From positions 3,882,752-3,946,751 of the forward strand of contig OX638375.1 in NCBI GenBank assembly GCA_951813575.1: a stretch of 64,000 nt of DNA, written 5' to 3'. The stretch comes from Candidatus Binatia bacterium (GTDB lineage Bacteria > Desulfobacterota > Binatia > UBA9968 > JAJDTQ01). The translations under genes and the position numbers were made by a program. Under the pieces are notes generated by a model, which made no database searches, was not told the DNA's origin, and worked only from the letters and a program-made list of their open reading frames with translations. Below are positions 1 through 9,715 of this stretch, piece by piece; positions within the stretch are counted from its first letter, which is position 1, and each line of letters starts with the position of its first letter.

Positions 1-827
1 TCCTCCCACAGGAAGGAGTAGCCGGACCCGGTGAGCATGATGATGTGGGCGCCGGCGCCGTGGCGGTGGGCCTTCTTGTACTTGCCCACGGGGAACTCCG
101 AGAGGTGTGCGCTCATGGTGTTGTCGACGAACTCGAACAGCGTGGTGCGGTTGCCGCCGCCGCGTTCCTTGTAGTCCTTGGGCGAGAACTGCCACAGGTC
201 CGCGATGAAGTTGGACTCCCACACCCGGCCCTTCTTCACCCCCTCGAGGTAGCGGCCGGGCTGGCCCCATTGGTTGGCGTCGCCCTGGTAGCGGTCGCCG
301 AAGGTAAAGGCGTTGTTGAAGATGTAGTCCAGGTTCCGGTAGCGGTTGATGATCACGGTGGCGTCGGTCAGGGAGATCATCCGCACCGGCTCCCGTCCCT
401 GGGCGTTGAAGTGCTGGAACCAGGTGTTGAGCGGGACGGAGAAGAGGCTTCCCTTCTGCCATTCCAGGGTGTGCTTTCGGCCGCCCTCGTTCCACAGGGT
501 GGTGGCGCCCTGGCCGGACAGGATGAACACGGCTTCCTCGAACAGGTGCCGTTGCGGCCGCAGTTCCCCGCCGGGGGCGATCTCCTGGATCACCGTGTCG
601 CAGGTGCCGCCGGCGCCGTCGAGGTTGACGAAGGCGCCCTTGCCGCCGGTGCGGGCCCAGTCGCCCAGCTCCAGCTCCAGCAGGTCGTCGACGATGAACC
701 CCTTGTACACCGGGATTCCCTCCCACTGCTGGTAGATCTCGTAGGGGCTGACGGGTGCGAAGGCGGAGGCTTCGTTGAGGTTCCGTTCCGATCCGTTGGC
801 GGTCTCGACAGTGGCTGGTTTGCTCAT
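1..827 (-). CDS. Cupin-domain (bicupin) protein; 3' end lies outside the window
   Basis: Not in the ORF track because there is no stop in the window. Manual translation from ATG at 827 (AGGAG upstream): MSKPATVETA...EIAPGGELRPQRHLFEEAVFILSGQGAT...EWQKGSLFSVPLNTWFQHFN, which contains cupin motifs. Directly follows the 839..1858 gene. Confidence 0.8.
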   Translation of the reverse strand, partial: MSKPATVETANGSERNLNEASAFAPVSPYEIYQQWEGIPVYKGFIVDDLLELELGDWARTGGKGAFVNLDGAGGTCDTVIQEIAPGGELRPQRHLFEEAVFILSGQGATTLWNEGGRKHTLEWQKGSLFSVPLNTWFQHFNAQGREPVRMISLTDATVIINRYRNLDYIFNNAFTFGDRYQGDANQWGQPGRYLEGVKKGRVWESNFIADLWQFSPKDYKERGGGNRTTLFEFVDNTMSAHLSEFPVGKYKKAHRHGAGAHIIMLTGSGYSFLWE

Positions 828-838
828 GGTAATGACTC

Positions 839-1858
839 CTAGCGGCGCTCCTCCCGGTAGAGCCCGAAGGCCTCCTTCACCGGGCGGTCGTTGACCGAGA
901 ATAATAGGGCCTCGTCCTTGTGTCCGTTCTCGTGCCGGTGCCAGGACCACAGGGGCACGGTGAAGAAGTCGCCCTGGCTCCATTCGATGCGTTGGTCGTC
1001 GACGATGGTGGCGCCGCTGCCCCGGAACACGTGGTAGATGGTCGTGCTGGTGTGGCGGTGCGGACGTGTCTCCTCGCCGGGCCGGATCATCTGGATCTCG
1101 CAGCCGATGGTCCGCAGCGTGAAGCCGCCGTTCCGGGGGTTGACGTAGCGCAGCAGCACCCCGTCGCACTCGTCTCCCGGGCTCGACGCCAGCGCCTTGA
1201 GGGACTCGTAGGTGGTCTCCCAGGGGTAGCGGAAGGGCGGGTCCGGGAAGTCCGAGAGCTGCTCCGGCGGCCGCGCCCAGCCGAACTGGTGCAGGCTGAA
1301 GTCGGGCATGGCCTCTACCGGTTGCTGTTTCTGGCTGAAGGGCTCCACCGCCATGACCTCCAGGGCCTTGAGCAGGGGGCCGTCGTGGCCGTCCACCCAG
1401 ACGATGTTCTCGCCGGTGCCGTTGTAGTGATCGTGCCAGGTCCACTGGGGCGTGAGGATCAGGTCGCCGGGGTACATGGTGAACCGCTCGCCTTCCACGG
1501 TGGTGAAGGCGCCGCCCCCTTTGATGACGAAGCGCAGCGCGGTCAGGGTATGGCGGTGGGCCTTGGCGATCTCTCCGGGTTTGACCAGTTGGACGGAGGT
1601 GTGCACGGTGTTGGTGGCGCCGGTGACGCCCGGCACGCCGGGATTGAGGAGGCGGATGGTCCGCCGCTCGGACTGCTCCAGGCTGACCAGCTCTCCGGCT
1701 TCCAGCAACCCGTTGTAGATGTGGTTCCACTTCCACAGGTAGGGGACGACGGTGGTCCTGGGCTCGATGACGTCGCCGTCGTTGCCGGTGATGTTGGATG
1801 CCCAGAAACCCGCCAATTGCTTGGTGGCCAGGTCCTTGTTGAGTTCGTCGAGGCTCAT
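839..1858 (-). CDS. Gentisate 1,2-dioxygenase-like bicupin
   Basis: Motifs ERRTIRLLNPG, AHRHTLTALRF, GDLILTPQWTWHDH and HRHTSTTIYHV are typical of the GtdA/1-hydroxy-2-naphthoate dioxygenase family. Confidence 0.85.
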   Translation of the reverse strand: MSLDELNKDLATKQLAGFWASNITGNDGDVIEPRTTVVPYLWKWNHIYNGLLEAGELVSLEQSERRTIRLLNPGVPGVTGATNTVHTSVQLVKPGEIAKAHRHTLTALRFVIKGGGAFTTVEGERFTMYPGDLILTPQWTWHDHYNGTGENIVWVDGHDGPLLKALEVMAVEPFSQKQQPVEAMPDFSLHQFGWARPPEQLSDFPDPPFRYPWETTYESLKALASSPGDECDGVLLRYVNPRNGGFTLRTIGCEIQMIRPGEETRPHRHTSTTIYHVFRGSGATIVDDQRIEWSQGDFFTVPLWSWHRHENGHKDEALLFSVNDRPVKEAFGLYREERR

Positions 1859-1871
1859 GTTCGTCTCCCCG

Positions 1872-2579
1872 TCAGCCTTCGATGCGCCGCATGGCGTAGG
1901 CCAGTCCGCCGCGGTAGGCGCGGTCGATGACCATGCACTGCCTGGCGGCCCGAAGCACCGTGTCGTAGTCCTCCTGGGTGAGCACGTGCTTGTCGTAGAC
2001 GCCGTCCATCATGTCCGAGTGCTCGGTGTCCGCGGTGGAGTGCACGTTCAGCGAGATCATCCGTTTGAGGCTGATGCCCAGCTCGTTCTCGAACTTCTTG
2101 CCGATGCGGTAGGACATGCCGCCGTCCTTGACGATGTCGGGGTTGTTGCGGCGCTCGAGCATCTGGGAGGACGTGAACGAGGCCAGCCACGGGCCCTTGA
2201 CGGCGATGTGGTGCCAGGCAAGGAAGGCCGCCTGGGCCATGGGCGGCAGCTCCGCCTTGTCGAAGTCCTCGCGCTCCAGTCCGATGACCTCGCCCTGCTT
2301 CACCGTGAGGGAGTAGTGGTCCATGCCCGCCCGGGGGTCGTTGATCAGCTCGTCGCTCTCGTGCTGCCACACCAGCGCCTTGACGTCGAGGGGCGAGGCG
2401 GCCTGCACGTAGCCCCAGCAGTCCCGCCGGTTCCGGGTGTAGAGGGCGTTCTGCAACACGTAGTAGCGCCCGCGCTCCATGGTCCAGGGCAGCGTCAGCA
2501 GGTCCTGGAACTCGTCGGTCGCGTACTGGCGGTTGCACATCTCGTTCAGAGTGCTTTTGAGCTTCGCGATATCGGGCAT
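1872..2579 (-). CDS. Heme-oxygenase-like diiron protein (PqqC/CADD/TenA fold)
   Basis: Start MPDIAK with AGGAG upstream. Ligand pattern HESDEL...DH, E and HSTADTEH (HxxxDxxH) resembles CADD-type diiron sites. Confidence 0.7.
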   Translation of the reverse strand: MPDIAKLKSTLNEMCNRQYATDEFQDLLTLPWTMERGRYYVLQNALYTRNRRDCWGYVQAASPLDVKALVWQHESDELINDPRAGMDHYSLTVKQGEVIGLEREDFDKAELPPMAQAAFLAWHHIAVKGPWLASFTSSQMLERRNNPDIVKDGGMSYRIGKKFENELGISLKRMISLNVHSTADTEHSDMMDGVYDKHVLTQEDYDTVLRAARQCMVIDRAYRGGLAYAMRRIEG

Positions 2580-2662
2580 GTCGTCGGACTCCTGTGGGGC
2601 GCCGGCCGCCGGTTCGATGTCCCACATGGAGGTTTGCCAGTGTGGGACACGCCGCCGGCGAT

Positions 2663-3391
2663 TCAGTCGAGCGCTTCCATCATGTTGGCGAGCTGCTCGC
2701 GGTAGGCCCGGTCGATCGTGAGACTCTCACGGGCGCCCCGAAGGAGCGCCTGCCGCTCATCCTCGGTGTGGCAGTGTTCCCGCGCCACCGCAAGCAGCAA
2801 CTGGCCGTGCTCCACGTCGGCGGTGACGTGCTCGGCATTGTTGATCTGTCGTTTCAACGGAATCCCCAGGTCCCGTTCGAGGTTCTTGCCGACGCGGTAC
2901 GACAGCGAGCCGCCGCGCACGAGGTCGTCGGAGTTGCGCATCTCCAGCACCGCCGACGCCGCGATGGCCTCCCGCCACGGGCGGTCCTTGGCCAGGTGGA
3001 TCCAGGCGTAGAAACAGGCCACGGCCGCGTCCAGCGGACGCACGCGCTCGTAGTCCTCGGGCGACAGGCCGAAGATCCTGCCTTCCTGCACGGCCAGGGT
3101 GATGTGGTCCACCTTGCCCGCGGCCTTGTCTCCCATGAGCTCCTCGCCCTCGTGCTCCCAGACGAGCCGCTTGACGCTCAACGGCGCCGCCCCGGCCACG
3201 AACCCCCAGCAGTCCCGCCGGTTGGCGACGTAGTGCTTCATCTGGATGGAGAGGGCCTGGGCGCGGGCCTGCGTGAAGTGGAGATCCAGCAGCCGGCGAA
3301 AGGGCGGGGTCTCGAACTGCCGGTTCACCAGCTCCACCAGCTCGTGCCAGACGCTCTCCACGCCGTTCCGTTCCGCGCCGTGCGTTTCCAT
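2663..3391 (-). CDS. Heme-oxygenase-like diiron protein, paralog of 1872..2579
   Basis: Shares NRRDCWG, WxHExxEL, DH, LE and HVTADVEH with the neighbouring gene. Confidence 0.7.
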   Translation of the reverse strand: METHGAERNGVESVWHELVELVNRQFETPPFRRLLDLHFTQARAQALSIQMKHYVANRRDCWGFVAGAAPLSVKRLVWEHEGEELMGDKAAGKVDHITLAVQEGRIFGLSPEDYERVRPLDAAVACFYAWIHLAKDRPWREAIAASAVLEMRNSDDLVRGGSLSYRVGKNLERDLGIPLKRQINNAEHVTADVEHGQLLLAVAREHCHTEDERQALLRGARESLTIDRAYREQLANMMEALD

Positions 3392-3409
3392 GCTCTTCCC
3401 CGGGAGCCG

Positions 3410-4450
3410 CTACTTTGCCCCGACCAACTGCTCGAGCCGCGCCTTGGCCCCCGGCCCGATGGAAAAGACCTGCTTCACCAGGCCCAGGATCTCGGCGCCC
3501 GACAGGTACGATATCTCGATGCCGATCTTCTTGGACGCGGCCTTGAACTCCGGGTCGTCCAGGGTGTTCTTGAAGGCGGTCTGGAGCGCCTCCAGCCGAT
3601 CCTTCGGGATGCCCGGCGGCGTCACGTAGGCGCGGAAGAGCTTGTACGGCGCCAGCCACGCCTCGTAGGCCGCGCGCTCGTCGTCGTTCTTGATGTGGTC
3701 GGCGAACAGCGGCAGGTTCTTGAGCACGGGCTCTTCCTTGTCGCCGGTGGTGAGGAAGGGAATCAGCCGGTCGCCTTCCTTGCCTTTGAGCATTTCCGTG
3801 GCCTGGATCCGCACCGACTCCCACGAAGAGCAGTACCCGTCCACCTCCTTGCGTCCCACCGCCGCGCGGATCTGCGCCGTGCCGTTGTATCCCCTGACGA
3901 CGTTGATCTTGCCGCCCACGAAGTCCCGCAGGATCAGCGGGGTGTCGCGGGTGAGGGTGCCCGCCGATCCGAAGTTGACGGGCTTCGGGGCGTTCAGGAT
4001 CCCCTTGAGGTCGGTGACCCCGGTGCGCGACATCACCATGCACGTGGGCGTGGCCTTGCCGGCGCTCCCCAGCCAGCCGAACTTGGCATTGTCGAACCGG
4101 ATGCCTTTCTCGCCGAGCACCTGCTTCATCACCAGCCCGCTGTTGGTCGCCCCGATCACCGAGCCGTCGCGTTTGGCGACGTTGTAGAGGTAGTTCATGG
4201 CGATGGCAAAGCCGGCGCCGGGCATGTTCTGGACGATGATCTTCGGGTTGCCCGGAATGTGTTGGGTGAGAGTGCGGGCGATGGTGCGGGCGTAGGTGTC
4301 GAAGCCTCCTCCCGGAGACGAGCCCAGGATGAACCGCAGGGTCTTGCCCTTGTAGAACTCCGCCACGTCGGCCCATGCGGTGGCCGGAACGGCCACGCAG
4401 AGGAGCAACGAGAATGCGGCAGCAAATCGGTACGGATGTCTCATCGGCAT
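3410..4450 (-). CDS. Tripartite tricarboxylate transporter substrate-binding protein (Bug/TctC-like)
   Basis: Signal peptide, FYKGKT, PGGGFDTYAR, VQNMPGAG and YNGTAQIRAA motifs. Confidence 0.85.
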   Translation of the reverse strand: MPMRHPYRFAAAFSLLLCVAVPATAWADVAEFYKGKTLRFILGSSPGGGFDTYARTIARTLTQHIPGNPKIIVQNMPGAGFAIAMNYLYNVAKRDGSVIGATNSGLVMKQVLGEKGIRFDNAKFGWLGSAGKATPTCMVMSRTGVTDLKGILNAPKPVNFGSAGTLTRDTPLILRDFVGGKINVVRGYNGTAQIRAAVGRKEVDGYCSSWESVRIQATEMLKGKEGDRLIPFLTTGDKEEPVLKNLPLFADHIKNDDERAAYEAWLAPYKLFRAYVTPPGIPKDRLEALQTAFKNTLDDPEFKAASKKIGIEISYLSGAEILGLVKQVFSIGPGAKARLEQLVGAK

Positions 4451-4537
4451 CTCCTTCTATGTCGCCGGGTACGCGGCGGTGAACCCGTCACGCCCGCTCC
4501 CCTGGTGTCCTTTACCACGTAGTGCCCGTCGCCCGTG

Positions 4538-5986
4538 TCACAACCGGTCCGCCCATTTCGCACGGACCTTGGCCTTGTATTCGGCGCTGACGCCGGAAAT
4601 GCCTGGGAAGTCGTCCTTCCAGGCGTAGGGCCGGCAGGCGTCCACCACCATGCAGCCCGTGGTCAGCTCCCGGCGTTGCTTGTCCTCGGGCGAAAGCCGC
4701 GGGTTGAGGATGCTGGCGGCCACGTCGAGGATCTCCGAGTCGCTCCTGGGGTCCCAGCGGGTGGACATGGCCCAGAGCACCTCGCCCACGTTGGTGATGT
4801 CCACGTCCTCGTCCACCACGATGACCATGCGCACGTCCCGGCCGCCGTCGCGGGTGGCGAGGACGCCGTATCCCGCCTGCTTGGCGTGGCCCGAGTAACG
4901 CTGTCTGACCGCCACGGTCACCACGAAGCGCCCCTGCTTCGGGAACCATACGCCCTGGACGTCCGGGATACCGGCCCGCTCCATGGCCGACCAGATGTTG
5001 GCGGAGCGGATGTACTTGTGGGTCTCGCTGTTGAGGAAGGTCCTGAGAGGCGGATCGCCGGTGATAATGGGATCGTCGCGGTGGTACACGGCTTCCACCT
5101 TCACCACCGGAGCCTGCCGGGAACCGGACGCGTAGTACCCGGGCCACTCACCGAACGGCCCCTCCTCGTGGGTCTCCTGTTCGGGGGGCGGTATATGGCC
5201 CTCCAGGACGATGTCCGCGAAGGCGGGTACGGGCAGCCCGGTCTTTTGTGCCTTGATGACCGGGACCGGGGTCTCCAGGAGCCCGCCCAGGAAGTCGTAC
5301 TCGCTCATGTTCCAGGGGATGCCCACGGCGCTCGCGGTCATCATGCCCGGGGGCAGGCCGCAGACGATGGCCACCGGGCAGCTCTCGCCCCGGGCCCAGT
5401 ACTTCCGGGTGATCAGGTCGCCATGCTTCCCCGGGATCATCCACACGCCCACGGTGTTCTCGTCGTGGACCTGGACGCGGTAGGTGCCGACGTTGACGTA
5501 GCCGGTATCGGGATCGCGGCAGACCGTGGCGGTGAACGTGCCGATGTAGCGGCCGCCGTCATCCGCGTGCCATTTGGGCGTGGGGAACTTGAGCACGTTG
5601 ACGTCGCCGTCGAAGGCGACGTTCTCCAAAAGCGGCGATTCGCCGATCTCGGTCGGGGGGATGGGCTTCAGATCCTGGAGCCGCCCCTTGACGGCCTGGA
5701 CCACCTCCAGACCGCGGACGTCCGGCGGCATGCCCAGGGCCAGGGCGTCGGACTCGGGCGACCGGAGGACGTTGCTGAGCACGCGGTAGCCTTCCGGGTG
5801 ATCCGGAACGGCGTCGAAGAGCAGCGCCGAGCCCTCGCCGGATTCGGCCGCGATCTCGGTGAGGGCGCCGATCTCCAGGTCCCAGTGGGCGTCGCGGATC
5901 TCCTTGAGCTTTCCCGCCTGCCTGAGCCGGTGGATGAAAGTCCGCAGGTTCAGGGCCGCTTCAACGTCCCGTGGCTCGCTCGTCAT
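4538..5986 (-). CDS. UbiD family prFMN-dependent (de)carboxylase
   Basis: DGGRYIGT, NVGTYRVQVH, EEGPFGEWPGYY and VDEDVDITN motifs. Start MTSEP chosen from the GGAG RBS. Confidence 0.9.
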   Translation of the reverse strand: MTSEPRDVEAALNLRTFIHRLRQAGKLKEIRDAHWDLEIGALTEIAAESGEGSALLFDAVPDHPEGYRVLSNVLRSPESDALALGMPPDVRGLEVVQAVKGRLQDLKPIPPTEIGESPLLENVAFDGDVNVLKFPTPKWHADDGGRYIGTFTATVCRDPDTGYVNVGTYRVQVHDENTVGVWMIPGKHGDLITRKYWARGESCPVAIVCGLPPGMMTASAVGIPWNMSEYDFLGGLLETPVPVIKAQKTGLPVPAFADIVLEGHIPPPEQETHEEGPFGEWPGYYASGSRQAPVVKVEAVYHRDDPIITGDPPLRTFLNSETHKYIRSANIWSAMERAGIPDVQGVWFPKQGRFVVTVAVRQRYSGHAKQAGYGVLATRDGGRDVRMVIVVDEDVDITNVGEVLWAMSTRWDPRSDSEILDVAASILNPRLSPEDKQRRELTTGCMVVDACRPYAWKDDFPGISGVSAEYKAKVRAKWADRL

Positions 5987-6042
5987 GCATCCATCTCCAT
6001 GGGATGTTGGATCCGAGGGTCGGTCCGCAACCATCCATAGGC

Positions 6043-6071
6043 CCTATAGGCCCACCGCGGGCGGCTGTCAA
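6043..6071 (-). promoter_or_regulatory. Putative sigma70 promoter of the ubiD-tctC-HDO-cupin operon
   Basis: Minus strand reads TTGACA-17 nt-TATAGG about 55 bp upstream of the ubiD start. Confidence 0.5.
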
Positions 6072-6103
6072 CCTGGACATCCGCGCCCATTTTGTCTAAG
6101 CGT

Positions 6104-6128
6104 GTAGGGGCGGGTTTCGGACCCGCCC
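6104..6128. repeat. GTAG-type REP-like palindrome
   Basis: GTAGGGGCGGGTTTCGGACCCGCCC: a GTAG tetranucleotide followed by a GC-rich hairpin; related to the copies at 61685-61762. Confidence 0.5.
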
Positions 6129-6202
6129 GCGCCCGGTCACGACCGACACCGCCACCGACCGGGGCCGGGACACAGCCATTCACAGGAGGTCGAGAAGCAG
6201 AC

Positions 6203-6799
6203 ATGGCACAGATCACCGACCCGTTGCGACAACACGATTGGAACTCCGAGGAATACGTCGAGGACTGGGCGCAGCGCCAGATGCGCAACGAGACCTTGCG
6301 CGCCCGTCAGTTCGCGCTCATGGCCAGCCTGGTGCCTTTCGAGAACGAGGCCGCCTTCCGGTTCATGGATGTCGGATGCGGTTACGGGGCGCTGAGCAAA
6401 TACCTGCTGGAGACGTTTCCCCGCGCCACCGCCGTGTGCCACGACGGCTCGGCGGCCATGGCGAAGCTGGGCGGCGAACGCATGAAGGAGCTCCAGGGGC
6501 GGTTCGAGTACGTGATCTCGGACTTCAGCAAGAAGGACTGGAGCCGGGTGGCCGGCGGCGAGTTCGATGTCGTGGTCTCCTGCAATGCCATCCACAACGT
6601 CCGGGTCGGAGAGACCATCAAGGCCGTCTACGGGGAGATCTTCGGGCGGGTCCGGTCCGGCGGCCGGTTCTTCAACCTCGACCGCGGCTCGGCAACGATG
6701 GAAGACCAGCTCGCCTGGTTCAAGAGCGCCGGGTTCCAGGACGTGACGTGCCACCAGAAGAGTTCCGGACTCTCCCTCTACGGCGGTTCCAAGCCCTGA
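6203..6799 (+). CDS. Class I SAM-dependent methyltransferase
   Basis: FMDVGCGYG motif I and FDVVVSCNAIHNV; AGGAGG RBS before the ATG at 6203. Confidence 0.85.
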   Translation: MAQITDPLRQHDWNSEEYVEDWAQRQMRNETLRARQFALMASLVPFENEAAFRFMDVGCGYGALSKYLLETFPRATAVCHDGSAAMAKLGGERMKELQGRFEYVISDFSKKDWSRVAGGEFDVVVSCNAIHNVRVGETIKAVYGEIFGRVRSGGRFFNLDRGSATMEDQLAWFKSAGFQDVTCHQKSSGLSLYGGSKP

Positions 6800-6827
6800 C
6801 CCTTCCCGGACACTAGGATCCTCCTCG

Positions 6828-8027
6828 ATGACGGGTCCACGGGCCGGCAGCCTCGTATTGCTGTACAGCACCGTCCTGCTCATGAGCCTGGGGCAGGGCA
6901 TGGTGTTTCCCACCATCCCGCTGCTGGCGTCATCCTTCGCGGTCTCCGCCGGGCTCGCCGTGCAGGTGGTTACCGCCCATGCCCTGGGCCGCACCATCAT
7001 CCTGATCCCGGCGGGCCTGCTCCTCGACCGGTCCGGAGCCAAGGTCACCATGCTGGTGGGAAGCGCCCTGGTCCTGTGCGGCGCTTTCGTGACCGCCGTC
7101 ACCCCTTACTTCCTGTTGCTTTTTATCGGGCAGTTCCTCGCCGGCGTCGGCGATAGCGTCTGGACCATGGGCCGGGAGGTTTCCGGCGTCGAGATGGTGC
7201 CGCAGCATCAGCGGGGCCGTCTGCTGAGCGGTTTCATGGGGGTCAAGTCCGCCGGCATGGCCATCGGCCCGGTGGTGGGCGGGATCATCACCCAGTGGGT
7301 GGGTTTCCGGATGGTGTTTACGGTCTACGCGGCGGTTGCCTTGGCCGTGTTCGTGACTGCGCTGCTGGCCCGAAAAGACACGGTGCGGGCCAGAGTCGGC
7401 AAGCTCGCCTGGTGGGGAAGGGTCTCGGACGTCCTCCCGCACCTCCGTGCCACCTTCGTGGCAATTGTATTCGCCACCTTCAGCATGCAGATGTACCGCA
7501 CCACCCTGCAGGGCATGTTGCCGCTGTACGCCGGGGTGGAACTGGGCTACTCGGCGGCGCACGTGGGCGGCCTTTTCGGCGTGTCCGGCGTGTTCGTCCT
7601 GCTCATGATCCTGCCTGCCGGCTTCATCACGGACCGCGTCGGCCGCAAGTACTGCAGCGTCCCCAGCACCGCGCTGCCGGGCATCGCGTTCCTGGCCTTC
7701 CCGTTCGCCTCGACGATGCCGCAACTCGTGGCGATCATGCTGGTGATCGGCCTCGCCCAGGGCATGTCCCTGGGCGCCCTGGCGGTGTCCACCTACGACG
7801 TGATCCCGGCGGAGGCCCGGGGACGCCTTCAGGGGCTGCGCAGGACCGTGGGCGAGTCCGGCGCGGTGATGGGTCCGCTGGTGGGCGGTTGGCTCGTTGA
7901 TCTTGTCAGCGCCGGCAGGACGTTCCTCTTCTACGCTCCGATCCTGCTGGCGGCCGCCGCCGGGCTGGCGTTCGTGGCGAAGGAAACGCTGGTGAAGAAG
8001 TTTGACAACCATCCCGCAAGGCTTTAG
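6828..8027 (+). CDS. MFS transporter
   Basis: Many hydrophobic segments; motif A variants GLLLDRSGAK and GFITDRVGRK. Confidence 0.9.
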   Translation: MTGPRAGSLVLLYSTVLLMSLGQGMVFPTIPLLASSFAVSAGLAVQVVTAHALGRTIILIPAGLLLDRSGAKVTMLVGSALVLCGAFVTAVTPYFLLLFIGQFLAGVGDSVWTMGREVSGVEMVPQHQRGRLLSGFMGVKSAGMAIGPVVGGIITQWVGFRMVFTVYAAVALAVFVTALLARKDTVRARVGKLAWWGRVSDVLPHLRATFVAIVFATFSMQMYRTTLQGMLPLYAGVELGYSAAHVGGLFGVSGVFVLLMILPAGFITDRVGRKYCSVPSTALPGIAFLAFPFASTMPQLVAIMLVIGLAQGMSLGALAVSTYDVIPAEARGRLQGLRRTVGESGAVMGPLVGGWLVDLVSAGRTFLFYAPILLAAAAGLAFVAKETLVKKFDNHPARL

Positions 8028-8080
8028 CGTGGTTGCCCCGGCGTAGCGGATGCCGGAACCTTTCAGACAGGAGGACTCCG

Positions 8081-8968
8081 ATGCACAAGGATACGATCGA
8101 TCCGAAGGTCTTCGACCTCTACGACGAGTACTGCCACAGCATGATGGACCGGCGTGAGTTTCTTCGCCGCGCCAGCGCCCTGGCCGTCGTCGGCGGGTCC
8201 GGGCTGCTGATGGCGCGGGCGCTGCTGCCGGACTACGCCGCGGCGCAGATGATTTCGTTCACCGACAAGCGCATCAAGGCGCGCTATGTCCAGTACGATT
8301 CGCCCGGCGGCAACTCCGGCAGGATGCGGGGTTACCTGGTCCAGCCGGCCGGTCCGGGTCCGTTTCCCGCCGTCCTCGTCATTCACGAGAACCGCGGCCT
8401 CAACCCGCATATCGAAGATGTCGCCCGGCGCGCCGCGGTGGAAGGGTTCCTCGCCCTGGCGCCGGACGGTCTGGCGCCCATCGGCGGCTATCCCGGCAAC
8501 GACGACGACGGCAAGAAGATGCAGCGGAGCCTCGACAGGGGCAAGCTCCGCATCGATCTTCTCAACAGCGCCAGGTATCTCAAGGCCCACGCGCTGTCCA
8601 ACGGGAAGCTGGGGGCCACGGGCTTCTGCTTCGGCGGCGGGGTGGTGGGATTCCTCGCGGTCCGGATGGGAGGAGATCTGAACGCCGGCGTGCCGTTCTA
8701 CGGCTCCGCCCCGAAAGACGCGGCCGACGTCGCCAAAATCAAGGCGCCGCTGCTGATCCACTACGCGGAGAACGACCCGCGCATCAACAAGCAGGCTCCC
8801 GGCTTCATGGCGGCGCTGAAGGCCAACGGCGTACCGCACGAGGCGCATACCTACCCGGGCACGCGCCACGGCTTCCACAACAATTCGACGCCGCGCTACG
8901 ATGAAGCCGCCGCCAAGCTCGCGTGGGAGCGGACCGTCGCCTTCTTCAGGAAGCATCTGTCGTCGTAG
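8081..8968 (+). CDS. yghX: Dienelactone hydrolase family protein (YghX-like)
   Basis: FDLYDEYCH...DRREFL N-terminus, HENRGLNPHIEDV, GFCFGG nucleophile motif and HGFHNNSTPRY. Confidence 0.85.
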   Translation: MHKDTIDPKVFDLYDEYCHSMMDRREFLRRASALAVVGGSGLLMARALLPDYAAAQMISFTDKRIKARYVQYDSPGGNSGRMRGYLVQPAGPGPFPAVLVIHENRGLNPHIEDVARRAAVEGFLALAPDGLAPIGGYPGNDDDGKKMQRSLDRGKLRIDLLNSARYLKAHALSNGKLGATGFCFGGGVVGFLAVRMGGDLNAGVPFYGSAPKDAADVAKIKAPLLIHYAENDPRINKQAPGFMAALKANGVPHEAHTYPGTRHGFHNNSTPRYDEAAAKLAWERTVAFFRKHLSS

Positions 8969-8992
8969 AGCGGGCACCATTCCAACGGGAGG

Positions 8993-9026
8993 ACACCGGC
9001 GGCCCTTCGGCCGCCGGTGTGATTTT
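8993..9026 (+). terminator. Probable intrinsic terminator
   Basis: ACACCGGCGGCC-CTTC-GGCCGCCGGTGT followed by GATTTT, just after the hydrolase stop codon. Confidence 0.6.
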
Positions 9027-9052
9027 GTCAGCCGTCCGCGAATCGGGATGAA

Positions 9053-9481
9053 ATGACCGAGCCATGGCAATACCAGTTACGCCTCACCCTGGCGGATGAG
9101 TTCGCCGAGGGAGCCCGGTGCGGCGGCGGCAATCCGGCTATCGAGCCGCTCACCGAGTTGCTGGCCCGGCACAACGCGACGCTGAAGTGCCAGTACGATG
9201 CCTTCGCCGGCTATTGTGCCGAGGCCGAGCGACAGGGCGTCGACAAATACCCGCTCTACGCCTGGACCAGGGCCACCATCGAAGATCCGGCCAAGAAGGC
9301 GAAGTACATCAAGTCTTTCACGATTTACGTGGACGGAGACGAGGTCTACTCCAAGGCCAAGGCCGATGGACTGGAGGCGGATCTGCAACCTCTGGTTGGC
9401 GGCGGCGTGGTGACCGCCATGGCCAGGCACGACACCAATCCCGCGCACAACCCACAGCCGCCCAAACGTTATCGGTCGTGA
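9053..9481 (+). CDS. Hypothetical protein (142 aa)
   Basis: Host-like codon usage and protein-like composition; no family recognised. Confidence 0.65.
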   Translation: MTEPWQYQLRLTLADEFAEGARCGGGNPAIEPLTELLARHNATLKCQYDAFAGYCAEAERQGVDKYPLYAWTRATIEDPAKKAKYIKSFTIYVDGDEVYSKAKADGLEADLQPLVGGGVVTAMARHDTNPAHNPQPPKRYRS

Positions 9482-9715
9482 CCACCGTAATCGAGTCTGG
9501 GCGAGATCAAGATTTCCTAAGCGTTTTTTTGGACGAGTAATCGATTCTGTATTTGAAGCGCCGATGATATCGATCTGAGCGACTCCTTGTCGGTTCTCTG
9601 ATTGGTTCAGGTATGTACAAGGCATCGTCCAGCATTATTTGTAATCGTTTTCATATGGAGGTAACTTATTATAAGTCAGACTATACGGTTGTAACCGCCT
9701 TTGGATGAATAAAAC

